Virus record (IMG/VR): IMGVR_UViG_3300021138_000019
Location: 1-64,000 of that record
Origin: a virus
Reading direction: 5' to 3' (one strand)
Length of the DNA: 64,000 bases
Below are positions 22,201 through 31,447 of the stretch, one piece after another; position 1 is the first letter of the stretch, and the number at the start of each line of letters is the position of its first letter. Made by a program: the position numbers and the translations under genes. The notes beneath the pieces were generated by a model. It was not told where the DNA came from, searched no databases, and was given only the letters and a program-made list of their open reading frames with translations.

Positions 22201-22379
22201 ACGACTTGACTCAATTGCTTTCACTTGGTACAAGTATTCAATCTGGTGGTGTTTCAAATACTGGTGTTGGTATCTACCCTGATGGTCCTGACGTTTTAAC
22301 ACTTGTTGCAACTAACGTATCAACAGCCAATATTGCAAGTATTTTAGCTCGTTATTCATGGACTGAAGCTCAAGCATAA
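19245..22379 (+). CDS. Large virion structural protein (baseplate/fibre-associated)
   Basis: 1044 aa, Thr/Asn/Gly beta-rich. KLRVSTPQSLIDTDFEY, RQTRKYFRYQSGK and YSWYGAG motifs as recalled from large T4-like phages. Confidence 0.65.
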   Translation: MARKVILDTYYTFIPSSRTIIIPHVVPKERLVLITDLTTNQVIFNFSDPNLTTTAYTIGLDTTGTYPNATVTTLSLSYNTTALSATDKLSILVDEYNESFQPSETLLDPVNKLRVSTPQSLIDTDFEYSTQATKWESLARINMRPFSYYTVSTGNLNIIDIQAVNGLRTYTANTTGTTPPAVGTPITILDSLTPGADGNYIVDANNNLTNTNALGAANTFSYTGKYYYTGTSGSVYNQNVTIGFQGYAFTNSSITIASMTTSGQNVFVTTANVHGFMVGNEIAVTGVTGTNAPNGSWQVSTIINPTNFVYLCNASSIPSGTMTVTSANLYARPVGTLVHRSFDGGIRFSTNSGSHNQQFIRQTRKYFRYQSGKGIQLSTGTTLMPQFNLDGITSTGTTVTVTTKDPHNIGAQIGVQINGCNETAYNGNFTVTGVINPYQFTYTANSTPSNSPASGNYVASATTWSGASNRIGIFDDQNGMFFEYDGQTLYAVRRNAVYQISGNTWINVGSNTLNGNNTIFTKQLQPNDFVVIKGMPYRVHNIQTDSVLTVVPNIRGTQNVTNAIVSKIQDVRTPTSQFNIDRLDGTGPSGYKIDLTKDQMFYIDYSWYGAGFQRWGVRGPDGNVIYAHKVINNNVNYLAYMRSGNLPGRYETNSFSKTTTLVANVAATDSVITMANVANWPNTGIAVLRNNANTEYFVYTGVTTLSNGALQLTGAQRGAAYQTGNTGNTLYVTTTAGNTIVTIPASNSTYGLSNGMYVFGNNIAPQTFIQNIVANTYMILNQAPTGTGSSQVIIPPLANIAQTINVLTVTGANSLTYTGNNQGAAVPTAVELHTPQYGPEINHWGTSAIMDGGFTPDKSFIFSKGMQTPLTIYPAGGTANSMALWSFRVAPSASNGIPASALGVREIVNRMQQLPFELDAYSNGACLMTLVLNGSVSNTTAQWLNVGGSSLSQYVFHAQNTTVSGGETVFGFFLNNNLGTFGSTQNDLTQLLSLGTSIQSGGVSNTGVGIYPDGPDVLTLVATNVSTANIASILARYSWTEAQA

Positions 22380-22388
22380 AGGAAAATA

Positions 22389-22748
22389 ATGCAAACACAA
22401 GCAAAACTTCAGGTTCTGCCTGTTGTTTCTGATATTGGTAATTTTAATTTTGCAGTAGTGCCATCAGCAGTTGTTGGTGGTGTTACTAGCAATAAGTATG
22501 CGGCTACTTCATTGACATTTAATCCTTCGACTAATGTAATAACAATGAATACATTATCAGTTCTTTCTGAGAACGTGATTACATCAAATATAAATTTTTT
22601 ATCAGTAATTTCTGAGAACGTGGTTACATCAAATATAAATTTTTTAACATCCGGATCTGTTAATGTTGCGTATTCGGGTAACATTTTTGTTGGAACAACA
22701 AGAGTTGAGTCTCAAGTACCGCACCCATTTTTACTATCGTTTTTGTAG
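22389..22748 (+). CDS. Small adaptor ending in PHPFLLSFL
   Basis: Contains a 48-bp internal tandem duplication (SENV.TSNINFL twice). Confidence 0.6.
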   Translation: MQTQAKLQVLPVVSDIGNFNFAVVPSAVVGGVTSNKYAATSLTFNPSTNVITMNTLSVLSENVITSNINFLSVISENVVTSNINFLTSGSVNVAYSGNIFVGTTRVESQVPHPFLLSFL

Positions 22749-22757
22749 GAACAAAAT

Positions 22758-23084
22758 ATGGCATTATCATATAGAGTATTAGGACAAGCCAATCCTGGTG
22801 CCGCTAATACAACTTTATACACCGTAAAGACCGGTGCTAATTGTATTATTTCTTCTATTCTCGTTTGTAATCAAGGTGCGGCTGGCGCAACATATCAAAT
22901 TGGAGTTGTGCCTAACGGTCAAACATTAGGTGCAAATAATTGGATTGCTTATAACTCATTAGTTCCGACTGTAGATACAATGACTCTTACTCCTGGTATT
23001 ACATTGGGGGCAAACGATGCTATCGTTGTGCAAGCAAATACTACATCAGTTGTATTTTCAGTTTTTGGATGTGAACTTTCATAA
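22758..23084 (+). CDS. ~110-aa connector protein
   Basis: Paralogue of 7616..7945. Confidence 0.65.
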   Translation: MALSYRVLGQANPGAANTTLYTVKTGANCIISSILVCNQGAAGATYQIGVVPNGQTLGANNWIAYNSLVPTVDTMTLTPGITLGANDAIVVQANTTSVVFSVFGCELS

Positions 23085-23099
23085 CAAAGGCGCATTGTT

Positions 23100-24260
23100 G
23101 TGGCAGTCATTAAAACGAAAAGATTAAGTACAAAAAATGTTGCTAATTTATCTAATTTAAATAATAGCAGGATTTCTCTTGCCTGTATAAATAAAAAATC
23201 TACTTCATATACTGGCTCTGGTGTAAAAGTTGCAGTACCTTACACAATAAATTATGTCGTAGTTGCAGGTGGCGGTGCCGGTGGTGGAGGTAATGAAGGT
23301 GGTGGTGGTGGGGCCGGCGGAGTTTTGCAAGGTACGTTACCCAATGTAGCACCAGGAACCACATATCCTATTAGCGTTGGTGGTGGAGGTTCTGGTGGAA
23401 GTCCAGGATATGCAACATTTCCTTCACCTGTTACTGCGACAACTTATCAAGCGGCCAGGGGTTCTTCAGGGTCCCCTTCATCATTCGGACCAGTAACTGC
23501 AACAGGTGGTGGTGCGGGCGGTTCAGGAGCACCATCGAGTGGCCTTTTGGCGATACCCTGTGCAGTAGGCACTCCAGGCGGTTCTGGAGGAGGTAACGCA
23601 TATAATAACACATCAACTTTAGTCGGATTACATTCAACAGGTACTCCAGGACAAGGAAACAGCGGAGGACAACCAAGACCGAGTCCTACGTCTCCTAACC
23701 CTACTATTGCGGCTGGAAGTGGTGGTGGTGGCGCCGGATCCGCTGGCGGTTCTGGTTTATGTACAGGACCCAAATGCAATCAACTGAACTCCGGTAGTGG
23801 TGGTTCAGGAATAACAACATCGGCAACAGGCATTCCAAGTATTACTGTTGGTGGAGGTGGAGGTGCTGGATCAATGCAAATTAACGCACCTACAGCGGCA
23901 GGAAGTGTAGCTGGATCTGGTGGATCCGGTGGCGGAGGACCTGGTAAAAGTCCATTATTACCTGGAACAGGTGCCTTAACAGCTCCACAAGCTCCTTTAT
24001 TTTCTGGTAGAGGAACTGCAGGAACTCCTGGTACTGGCGGCGGTGGTGGTGGGGGTTTATATGGAAATTCAGCACCGACTAACCCGCCAGGAACTTTACT
24101 TGGAGTTATTGCTGGTGGTTCAGGAGGTCCTGGTGTGGTGTATGTTTCAGCTTTGACTGCATATTCATCATGTGCAGTAGTTTGCGGTTACGCATGTAAA
24201 GGGACTAATGGTTGCTACACATGGTGGAAGTTTACTGGCTCTGGTTCATTTAAGGCCTAG
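23100..24260 (+). CDS. Second glycine-rich adhesin-like protein
   Basis: YVVVAGGG, polyglycine tracts, GGPGVVYV, C-terminal KFTGSGSF. Start codon uncertain. Confidence 0.7.
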   Translation: MAVIKTKRLSTKNVANLSNLNNSRISLACINKKSTSYTGSGVKVAVPYTINYVVVAGGGAGGGGNEGGGGGAGGVLQGTLPNVAPGTTYPISVGGGGSGGSPGYATFPSPVTATTYQAARGSSGSPSSFGPVTATGGGAGGSGAPSSGLLAIPCAVGTPGGSGGGNAYNNTSTLVGLHSTGTPGQGNSGGQPRPSPTSPNPTIAAGSGGGGAGSAGGSGLCTGPKCNQLNSGSGGSGITTSATGIPSITVGGGGGAGSMQINAPTAAGSVAGSGGSGGGGPGKSPLLPGTGALTAPQAPLFSGRGTAGTPGTGGGGGGGLYGNSAPTNPPGTLLGVIAGGSGGPGVVYVSALTAYSSCAVVCGYACKGTNGCYTWWKFTGSGSFKA

Positions 24261-24304
24261 AGTTAATATAGTTTAACTAAATACCACATAAGGAGATTTA
24301 GTAA

Positions 24305-25075
24305 ATGGCAATACAAAGCAGAACAGATTTCACCAACTATTGTTTACGTAGGTTAGGTGCTCCTGTGCTTGAAATTAACGTTGATCATGATCAAGTTCAA
24401 GATCGTATTGATGATGCTCTTCAATATTGGCAAGACTATCATTATGACGGTATTCAAAAATGTTATTGGGTTAAAACAATTACCGATACAGACGTAACGA
24501 ATCAATACTTGGATGCATCAACAGCAGTAGATTCGAATAATAATCCAATTCAAATTATTGGTATTTCAAGAATTTTTCCATATAATGATTCTCAGGCAAA
24601 TGTCAATATGTTTGATCTAAGATATCAATTGCGGTTAAATGAATTATATGATTTTACATCCGCATCATACGTTAATTTTACACTAACACAACAACACTTA
24701 CGATCACTAGAACTTATGTTTACTGGTGAAGTACCAATTCGGTTCAATAGACATATGCAACGACTTTATATTGATCAAGCATGGGGACAACAAGAATGCC
24801 CTTCTGGTTCCGTAGTGATTGCCGAATGTTATGCAATTATTGATCCGGATACATATAATCTTGTTTGGGATGACCGTTGGCTAAAATTATATGCAACCGC
24901 ACTAATCAAACAGCAATGGGGTAGAAATCTTTCAAAATTTTCAGGTCTTCAATTGCCAGGCGGTGTAAAATTGGATGGTCAAAAAATGGATGATGATGCG
25001 GCTGCTGAGATAAAATATCTACAAGAACAAATGCAAAATGAATATGGCGCTCCTCTTGAATGGTTTATGAATTAA
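24305..25075 (+). CDS. gp13: Neck protein gp13
   Basis: YCLRRLGAPV.EINV, QWG.NL.KF.G.QLPGGV; T4 synteny. Confidence 0.92.
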   Translation: MAIQSRTDFTNYCLRRLGAPVLEINVDHDQVQDRIDDALQYWQDYHYDGIQKCYWVKTITDTDVTNQYLDASTAVDSNNNPIQIIGISRIFPYNDSQANVNMFDLRYQLRLNELYDFTSASYVNFTLTQQHLRSLELMFTGEVPIRFNRHMQRLYIDQAWGQQECPSGSVVIAECYAIIDPDTYNLVWDDRWLKLYATALIKQQWGRNLSKFSGLQLPGGVKLDGQKMDDDAAAEIKYLQEQMQNEYGAPLEWFMN

Positions 25076-25076
25076 T

Positions 25077-25964
25077 ATGGCAGTTAATCATTACTTCAAT
25101 AATTACGGAAGTCTATCTGAACAAAGAATCATTGAAGATTTAATTGTTGAATCCGTTAAGGTAATGGGCTTTGATGCTCAATATTTACCTAATGATAACA
25201 ATCAAGCAAGAGATTTGTTATACGGTGAAGATCCAGTAAAACAATTTACATCCGCATTTACGGTTGAGATGTTTCTACAAAACTCGACAGAATATGGCGG
25301 TGAACGTGAATTCTTTTCTAAATTTGGTCTAGAAATTAAAAACAATGTTACTGTGTTACTTTCAAGACGTTCATTCAATGAAAGAGTGCCACAAAATTCA
25401 TATCAAAGGCCAAGAGAAGGAGATTTAGTTTATATACCATTTTTAAACGGTACCGGTGAACTTTATGAAATTAAATTCGTTAACCAGACTAAAGACTTTT
25501 TTATGTTGGGTAGAAAATATCCTTATTTCTATGAGCTTGAAATGGAGAAATTTAAATACTCACAAGAAGTTTTACAAACTGGTGCGCCAGATGTGGATTC
25601 TATTGTTGCACAATCGGGATACACAATTGATCTTGACGTTAATGTTGCAACGGGTAACGGAATATTTTCACATCAAGAAATTGTATTTCAATCTAATGAT
25701 GCAACATTGGCTAATGCCTACGCTTATGGTACAGTACAAGAATGGATACCGAGTGTTGGAATTTTGACCGTGAGTAATATTTTTGGTACTTTTGTTGATG
25801 GTGCAAACATTGAAGGCCTCACAAGTAATGCAAGTTATTCACTAACAACATATAATGACAAACAAAATAATACTGAGACTGAAGTTTACGACAATGAATT
25901 AATATTAGATAAAGCAAACACAATCATTGATTTCTCAGAATCAAATCCTTTTGGATCAATATAA
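25077..25964 (+). CDS. gp14: Neck protein gp14
   Basis: SKFGLEI, RPREGDLVY.P, DFSESNPFG. Confidence 0.92.
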   Translation: MAVNHYFNNYGSLSEQRIIEDLIVESVKVMGFDAQYLPNDNNQARDLLYGEDPVKQFTSAFTVEMFLQNSTEYGGEREFFSKFGLEIKNNVTVLLSRRSFNERVPQNSYQRPREGDLVYIPFLNGTGELYEIKFVNQTKDFFMLGRKYPYFYELEMEKFKYSQEVLQTGAPDVDSIVAQSGYTIDLDVNVATGNGIFSHQEIVFQSNDATLANAYAYGTVQEWIPSVGILTVSNIFGTFVDGANIEGLTSNASYSLTTYNDKQNNTETEVYDNELILDKANTIIDFSESNPFGSI

Positions 25965-26942
25965 ATGGCTAATGTATTTTATAACAGAGTGATTAGAAAA
26001 CTTGTTGTCGGATTCGGCAATTTGTTCAATAATATAACTCTTGTTCGTTATAATCCCGATGAAACCGAAGCGCAACGTATGTTGGTTCCGATTGCGTATG
26101 CACAGAAAGAAATATACGTTCAACGTCTTGAAGGTGACCCGAATTTAGATAAAAAAGTTCAAATGACTTTACCGAGAATGTCATTTGAGATGACCGGTTT
26201 TAAATACGACGCTAGTAGAAAACAAAATACAAATATTAAAAACTTTGCCAGCAACGGTACTGGTTTGGCAACTCAATATAATCCTGTACCTTACGACTTT
26301 GATTTTGCTTTAAATATCTATGTTAGGAATATTGAAGACGGAACTCAAATAATTGAACATATTTTACCGTTTTTCACACCAGATTATACAATAAAACTCA
26401 ACTTGATTCCAGAAATGGGTATCTCCAAAGAAATACCAGTTATTTTAAATTCGACAGATCAAGAAATAGTATATGAAGGTAATAGAGATGCGGATCCAAG
26501 AATGGTTATTTGGACTCTTAATTTCACCGTTAAAGGGTTTATATATGGTGCGGTTTCGACTTCCGGTGTGATTAAAACGTCAATTACAAATATCTTAAGT
26601 GATGTTACTAGTGGTGATGTTCAATTTAATATGTCAAACTCTGGTGTTGGCTATTATAAAACAGGTGAGATGTTGTATCAAGGTTATTCTTTAAATACTG
26701 CTACAGCAACTGCGGTAGTAGTTAATTGGTCAAACACAACTCATATACTTACTGCAACAAATGTTTCTGGTAATTTTATTTCAAATGAACCTATTATTGG
26801 TGCAGTAACAAATTCATCATATAATTTTACTTCTTTTGTTTTGACTCCTCATACTTATGCACAAATTGTTACAAATCCTTCACCTAATACTGCTACTGCA
26901 AATTCTGCATACACATATAATACTGTTATAACTGAATCTTAA
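25965..26942 (+). CDS. gp15: Tail sheath stabiliser / tail terminator gp15
   Basis: FG.LFN.I, TLPRMSFE, QIIE.ILPFFTP. Confidence 0.92.
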   Translation: MANVFYNRVIRKLVVGFGNLFNNITLVRYNPDETEAQRMLVPIAYAQKEIYVQRLEGDPNLDKKVQMTLPRMSFEMTGFKYDASRKQNTNIKNFASNGTGLATQYNPVPYDFDFALNIYVRNIEDGTQIIEHILPFFTPDYTIKLNLIPEMGISKEIPVILNSTDQEIVYEGNRDADPRMVIWTLNFTVKGFIYGAVSTSGVIKTSITNILSDVTSGDVQFNMSNSGVGYYKTGEMLYQGYSLNTATATAVVVNWSNTTHILTATNVSGNFISNEPIIGAVTNSSYNFTSFVLTPHTYAQIVTNPSPNTATANSAYTYNTVITES

Positions 26943-26950
26943 ATATAAAA

Positions 26951-27364
26951 ATGAATAAACTTGATAAAAATATGGAACAAATTTTTGACATTGAAACTAA
27001 AAAAACAGAGGTTGCATTAGTTGAAAAACCTACTCCGGCCAATGTGAATGAATTTCTTCAAAATGACTTGGAAGATGCTTATCAACAGTCAAAAGAAAAT
27101 CTACAAGATATTATTGAGCAAGGAAAAGATGCGATGGAAGAAATTCTAAACATTGCTAAAAATAGTCAACATCCTAGAGCATTTGAAGTATATGGTACTT
27201 TACTAAAAAATATGACTGAGGCAAATGATAGGCTTCTTAAAATTCAAAAGGAAATGAGAGAAATTAGTGAAACAAAAAACAATACATCTCAAACAAGTAT
27301 TAGTAATGCTATTTTTGTAGGTTCAACTTCAGAACTCAATAAGCTACTTAAAGGTAAGCTATGA
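26951..27364 (+). CDS. gp16: Terminase small subunit gp16
   Basis: HPRAFEV and IFVGSTSEL; lies upstream of gp17. Confidence 0.9.
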   Translation: MNKLDKNMEQIFDIETKKTEVALVEKPTPANVNEFLQNDLEDAYQQSKENLQDIIEQGKDAMEEILNIAKNSQHPRAFEVYGTLLKNMTEANDRLLKIQKEMREISETKNNTSQTSISNAIFVGSTSELNKLLKGKL

Positions 27365-29040
27365 ATACCAAAGACTCGTATCGTGATAATCCATTACTAA
27401 AAAAAGTTGGTATTGAACACCCATATACACAAGAAGAAATAGATGAGTACATAAAGTGTGCTAAAGATCCTGTCTACTTTTCAATGAATTATATTAAAAT
27501 TGTTAACGTTGATGAAGGTTTAATACCGTTTAAGATGTGGGATTTTCAGAAAGACATGATTAAAATCTACCATGAAAATCGTTTTTCAATCACTAAATGT
27601 CCTCGTCAGGTTGGTAAAACAACAACATCAGTTGCATATCTTCTTTGGACCACAATTTTTACGGATTCGCAATCAGTCGCCGTTTTAGCTAATAAGGGTT
27701 CACTTGCGAGAGATATTCTTGCTAAGTATCAATTAGCTTATGAGAATTTACCGGTTTGGTTGCAACAAGGTGTAGTTACATGGAATAAAGGTAACGTAGA
27801 ACTTGAAAATGGTTCTAAGATTATTGCGGCTTCTACATCAAGCTCTGCAATTCGTGGAGGATCTTTTAACTGTGTGTTTTTAGATGAATTTGCTTTCGTT
27901 CCTAATAATATTGCGGAAGAATTCTTTAACTCAGTTTATCCTGTAATCTCTTCTGGTAAAACATCTAAGATTATTATAGTTTCAACACCTAACGGCATGA
28001 ATCTATTCTACAAGTTATGGATGGATGCAATCGGTAAAAAGAACGGCTACAAACCTTTTGAAATTCATTGGTCAATGGTGCCGGGTCGTACTGAACAATG
28101 GAAAGAAGAAACAATTCGTAACACTTCTTTACGTCAGTTCCAACAAGAGTTTGAAACAGAATTCTTAGGTTCTTCAAATACTTTGATTTCCGGCTATAAA
28201 TTAGCACAGCTAAGATACATGGATGCGATTGCAGAACATGACTTAATGAAAATTTATGAACATCCTATCAAAACAGACGGTATTAAATATGTCAAAGATA
28301 GATTATATTGCATTGTTGTAGACGTTTCGGAAGGTAAAAATTTAGATAGTTCTGCGTTTTCTGTTATTGATATTTCAGATTTACCCTACAAACAAGTAGC
28401 AACTTATAAGAGTTCATCTATTACACCTTTATTATTCCCAACTGTTATCTATAATGCGGCTAGATATTACAATGATGCTTATGTTCTGGTAGAAATAAAT
28501 AATACTCCTCAAATTGCAGATACCTTACATGCGGATTTGGAGTATGAGAATTTATGGAAAGTTTTTACCGGTAACAAAAAACCACAACAATTATCAGCCG
28601 GATTTGCTAGAGGAGTTCAATTAGGACTCAAAATGTCGCCGCAAGTTAAAAAAATTGGTACATCTAATTTAAAAACTTTGATTGAAGGTGACAAATTATT
28701 AATTAATGATTTTACAACATATTCGGAATTAACAACATTTGTAGAAAATAAAAACACTTTTGCCGCAGAACAAGGTGCAAATGATGATTTGGTCATGGGT
28801 CTTGTGATGTTTGGATGGGCTACAACTCAACCATACTTCAAAGAAATTGTTGCACATGATTTAAGAAAACAAGTACAACTAGAGAATATGAACCAATTTG
28901 ATGATGAAACCGTTGTTGAACCTATTATGGATGATGGTATGAGACATGACTTAGAACTTGTTGGTGGAGATTTATGGGAAGTTGCTGATGGTAGTCCAAT
29001 ATACAGCAGATTCATGAAAAATGCATTAAATAACTTGTAA
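27361..29040 (+). CDS. gp17: Terminase large subunit gp17
   Basis: Walker A PRQVGKTT, Walker B FLDEFAF, STPNG, and nuclease motif NDDLVM. Confidence 0.97.
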   Translation: MNTKDSYRDNPLLKKVGIEHPYTQEEIDEYIKCAKDPVYFSMNYIKIVNVDEGLIPFKMWDFQKDMIKIYHENRFSITKCPRQVGKTTTSVAYLLWTTIFTDSQSVAVLANKGSLARDILAKYQLAYENLPVWLQQGVVTWNKGNVELENGSKIIAASTSSSAIRGGSFNCVFLDEFAFVPNNIAEEFFNSVYPVISSGKTSKIIIVSTPNGMNLFYKLWMDAIGKKNGYKPFEIHWSMVPGRTEQWKEETIRNTSLRQFQQEFETEFLGSSNTLISGYKLAQLRYMDAIAEHDLMKIYEHPIKTDGIKYVKDRLYCIVVDVSEGKNLDSSAFSVIDISDLPYKQVATYKSSSITPLLFPTVIYNAARYYNDAYVLVEINNTPQIADTLHADLEYENLWKVFTGNKKPQQLSAGFARGVQLGLKMSPQVKKIGTSNLKTLIEGDKLLINDFTTYSELTTFVENKNTFAAEQGANDDLVMGLVMFGWATTQPYFKEIVAHDLRKQVQLENMNQFDDETVVEPIMDDGMRHDLELVGGDLWEVADGSPIYSRFMKNALNNL

Positions 29041-29109
29041 AAGTGATGGATCATAAATACCTTTATTGGTATAATATGCCAAAAAGAACATTAATTCAAG
29101 GAGAAAACA

Positions 29110-30813
29110 ATGGCGATTCAAATCTCTCCAGGCGTAAACAGTACTGAGATTGACTTAACAACAGTCGTTCCAGCAGTACTAACGACTGCTGGCGCATTTG
29201 CTGGTGACTTCCAATGGGGTCCAGTAAATAAAACAATGCTTATTGATAGCGAAACAACTTTAGTAAAAACATTTGGTCCACCTGATGCAAACTCAGCGAA
29301 TGCTTTTTTTACTGCCGCAAATTTTTTGGCGTACGGCAATAATTTAAACGTTGCGAGATCGGCACCAACAACTGCCTACAATTCAATACACAATTCTGGT
29401 ACTAGCGGAATTCAAATTGCTAACGAAGACATTTATCTTACAAATTACTTTAATGGTAATGCAAATTCTTATGGTTGGTTTGCCGCAAGATATCCAGGAA
29501 CATTAGGAAATTCTTTATCCGTTTCAATATGTGATAGTTCGGCTGGACAAGCAAGTTTTGCTTCATGGCAATATAAATCATTATTTACATCCGCACCTAG
29601 TACGTCTGCCTATGCAGGAGTAGTAGGTGGAGCAAATGATGAAATTCACATTGTTGTTGCTGACACTGGCGGTGCAATTACTGGTACAGCCGGTACGGTA
29701 TTAGAAAGTTTTGCATTTGTTTCAAAAGGTTCCGATGCAACAATAAATGGCGGTTCTAATTTCTGGAAACAAGTTATTTTTACAAATTCAAATTACATTT
29801 ATGCAATGGATCCACCAGAATATGGATCAACGCATAGTTCTTGGAATACTCCATGTGCAAATAATAATTTTGTACAACTTAACTATACTGATACCGCATA
29901 TCTTGCAATCGGAACAAATCCAAAACCTGCAGACAGTGATTTAGAAACAAGTTTTGGTCTTTTTGCAAATAAAGAATATATTGATGTACAATTAATTTTA
30001 ACTGGTGACTCCAGCCCAACTGTTCAAAATTATATTAGTAGTCAAATTATTAATACGAGAAAAGATTGCGTAGGGTTCTTCTCACCACCTTCAGCAAACG
30101 TTATTAATAATTCAGGTAGTGAAGCTAGTTCGGTTGTAAATTACTTTCAAAATATTTTAAATGTACAATCATCTTACATTGTTGCAGATTCAAATTGGAA
30201 ATATCAATTCGACAAATATAACAATGTTTACCGTTGGATACCTTTAAATGGTGATATTGCGGGTCTATGTGTAAACACTGATGCAGTTGCAGACCCATGG
30301 TTTTCACCAGCAGGATTTAATCGTGGAGCAATTAAAAATGCTATTAAACTAGCATGGAATCCATCTAAACCATATAGAGATGTTCTATATGCGGCAGGTA
30401 TTAATCCAATCGTTTCATTCCCTGGACAAGGTATTGTTCTGTACGGTGATAAAACTCTTCAAGCAAAACCATCCGCATTTGACAGAATTAACGTTCGTAG
30501 ATTGTTCTTGGTACTTGAAAAGGCAATTTCAACTGCCGCACAATATTCATTATTCGAATTCAACGATGCATTTACGCAAGCACAATTTGTTAATTTAGTA
30601 ACACCATTCTTGCGTGACGTTCAAGGACGCCGTGGTATTACGAGCTTTTACGTGCAATGTGATTCAACAAATAATACTCAACAAGTTATTAATGCGAATC
30701 AATTTGTTGGTAGTATCTATGTTGTACCTAACCGTTCCACAAACTTTATTCAGTTGAATTTTGTTGCTGTTGATACAGGTGTTGATTTTTCAACGGTCGT
30801 TGGCGCAGTCTAA
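29110..30813 (+). CDS. gp18: Tail sheath protein gp18
   Basis: SPGV, WFSPAGFNRG, DRINVRRLF. Confidence 0.96.
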   Translation: MAIQISPGVNSTEIDLTTVVPAVLTTAGAFAGDFQWGPVNKTMLIDSETTLVKTFGPPDANSANAFFTAANFLAYGNNLNVARSAPTTAYNSIHNSGTSGIQIANEDIYLTNYFNGNANSYGWFAARYPGTLGNSLSVSICDSSAGQASFASWQYKSLFTSAPSTSAYAGVVGGANDEIHIVVADTGGAITGTAGTVLESFAFVSKGSDATINGGSNFWKQVIFTNSNYIYAMDPPEYGSTHSSWNTPCANNNFVQLNYTDTAYLAIGTNPKPADSDLETSFGLFANKEYIDVQLILTGDSSPTVQNYISSQIINTRKDCVGFFSPPSANVINNSGSEASSVVNYFQNILNVQSSYIVADSNWKYQFDKYNNVYRWIPLNGDIAGLCVNTDAVADPWFSPAGFNRGAIKNAIKLAWNPSKPYRDVLYAAGINPIVSFPGQGIVLYGDKTLQAKPSAFDRINVRRLFLVLEKAISTAAQYSLFEFNDAFTQAQFVNLVTPFLRDVQGRRGITSFYVQCDSTNNTQQVINANQFVGSIYVVPNRSTNFIQLNFVAVDTGVDFSTVVGAV

Positions 30814-30835
30814 ATAAAACAAGTAGGAGAACACA

Positions 30836-31384
30836 ATGACATTCAATGTAGCAGAGTTTAGAGCGCAATTAACAGGTGACGGTGCCCGCCCAAACCTATT
30901 CAATGTGACTTTAACATTACCCAATATTGTAAACGGTGCAACCGCCGCTGGCAAAAAACTCCAGTTTATGGCTAAAGCCGCACAATTACCTGGTTCAACA
31001 GTCAATAACGTACCACTTCACTATTTCGGTCGTGAAGTGAAATTCGCTGGAAACAGAACTTTTGCAGATTGGACATTAACAATTATAAATGATGAAGATT
31101 TTTTAATCCGCTCATCAATGGAAAATTGGTTAAACGCAATCAACAGTCATGCTGGAAACTTGCGTGCCGCAAATGCACAAGGTCCATCTAACTATACCAC
31201 TGATGCTACTGTAACACAATACAGTAAAGCGGGAGCTGACATTCAAGCATATAATTTTGTTGGTATGTTCCCTGTCGATATTTCAACGATTGATTTAAAC
31301 TGGGATTCAACAGATTCAATTGAAGAATATACAGTAACGTTTACTTATCAATACTGGACTAATACTGCAAGTACGGACGCTTAA
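30836..31384 (+). CDS. gp19: Tail tube protein gp19
   Basis: GARPNLF, AG.RTF.DW..TI.NDEDF, IEEY.VTF.YQYW. Confidence 0.96.
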   Translation: MTFNVAEFRAQLTGDGARPNLFNVTLTLPNIVNGATAAGKKLQFMAKAAQLPGSTVNNVPLHYFGREVKFAGNRTFADWTLTIINDEDFLIRSSMENWLNAINSHAGNLRAANAQGPSNYTTDATVTQYSKAGADIQAYNFVGMFPVDISTIDLNWDSTDSIEEYTVTFTYQYWTNTASTDA

Positions 31385-31393
31385 TTATTCTTT

Positions 31394-31426
31394 GAAGACC
31401 TTAATTGGTCTTCTCTATGTTTTTTT
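31394..31426 (+). terminator. Possible intrinsic terminator after gp19
   Basis: gaagacc-ttaatt-ggtcttc stem followed by a nearby T-rich tract. Confidence 0.4.
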
Positions 31427-31447
31427 GTGAAATGATAAAAAGGTAAT

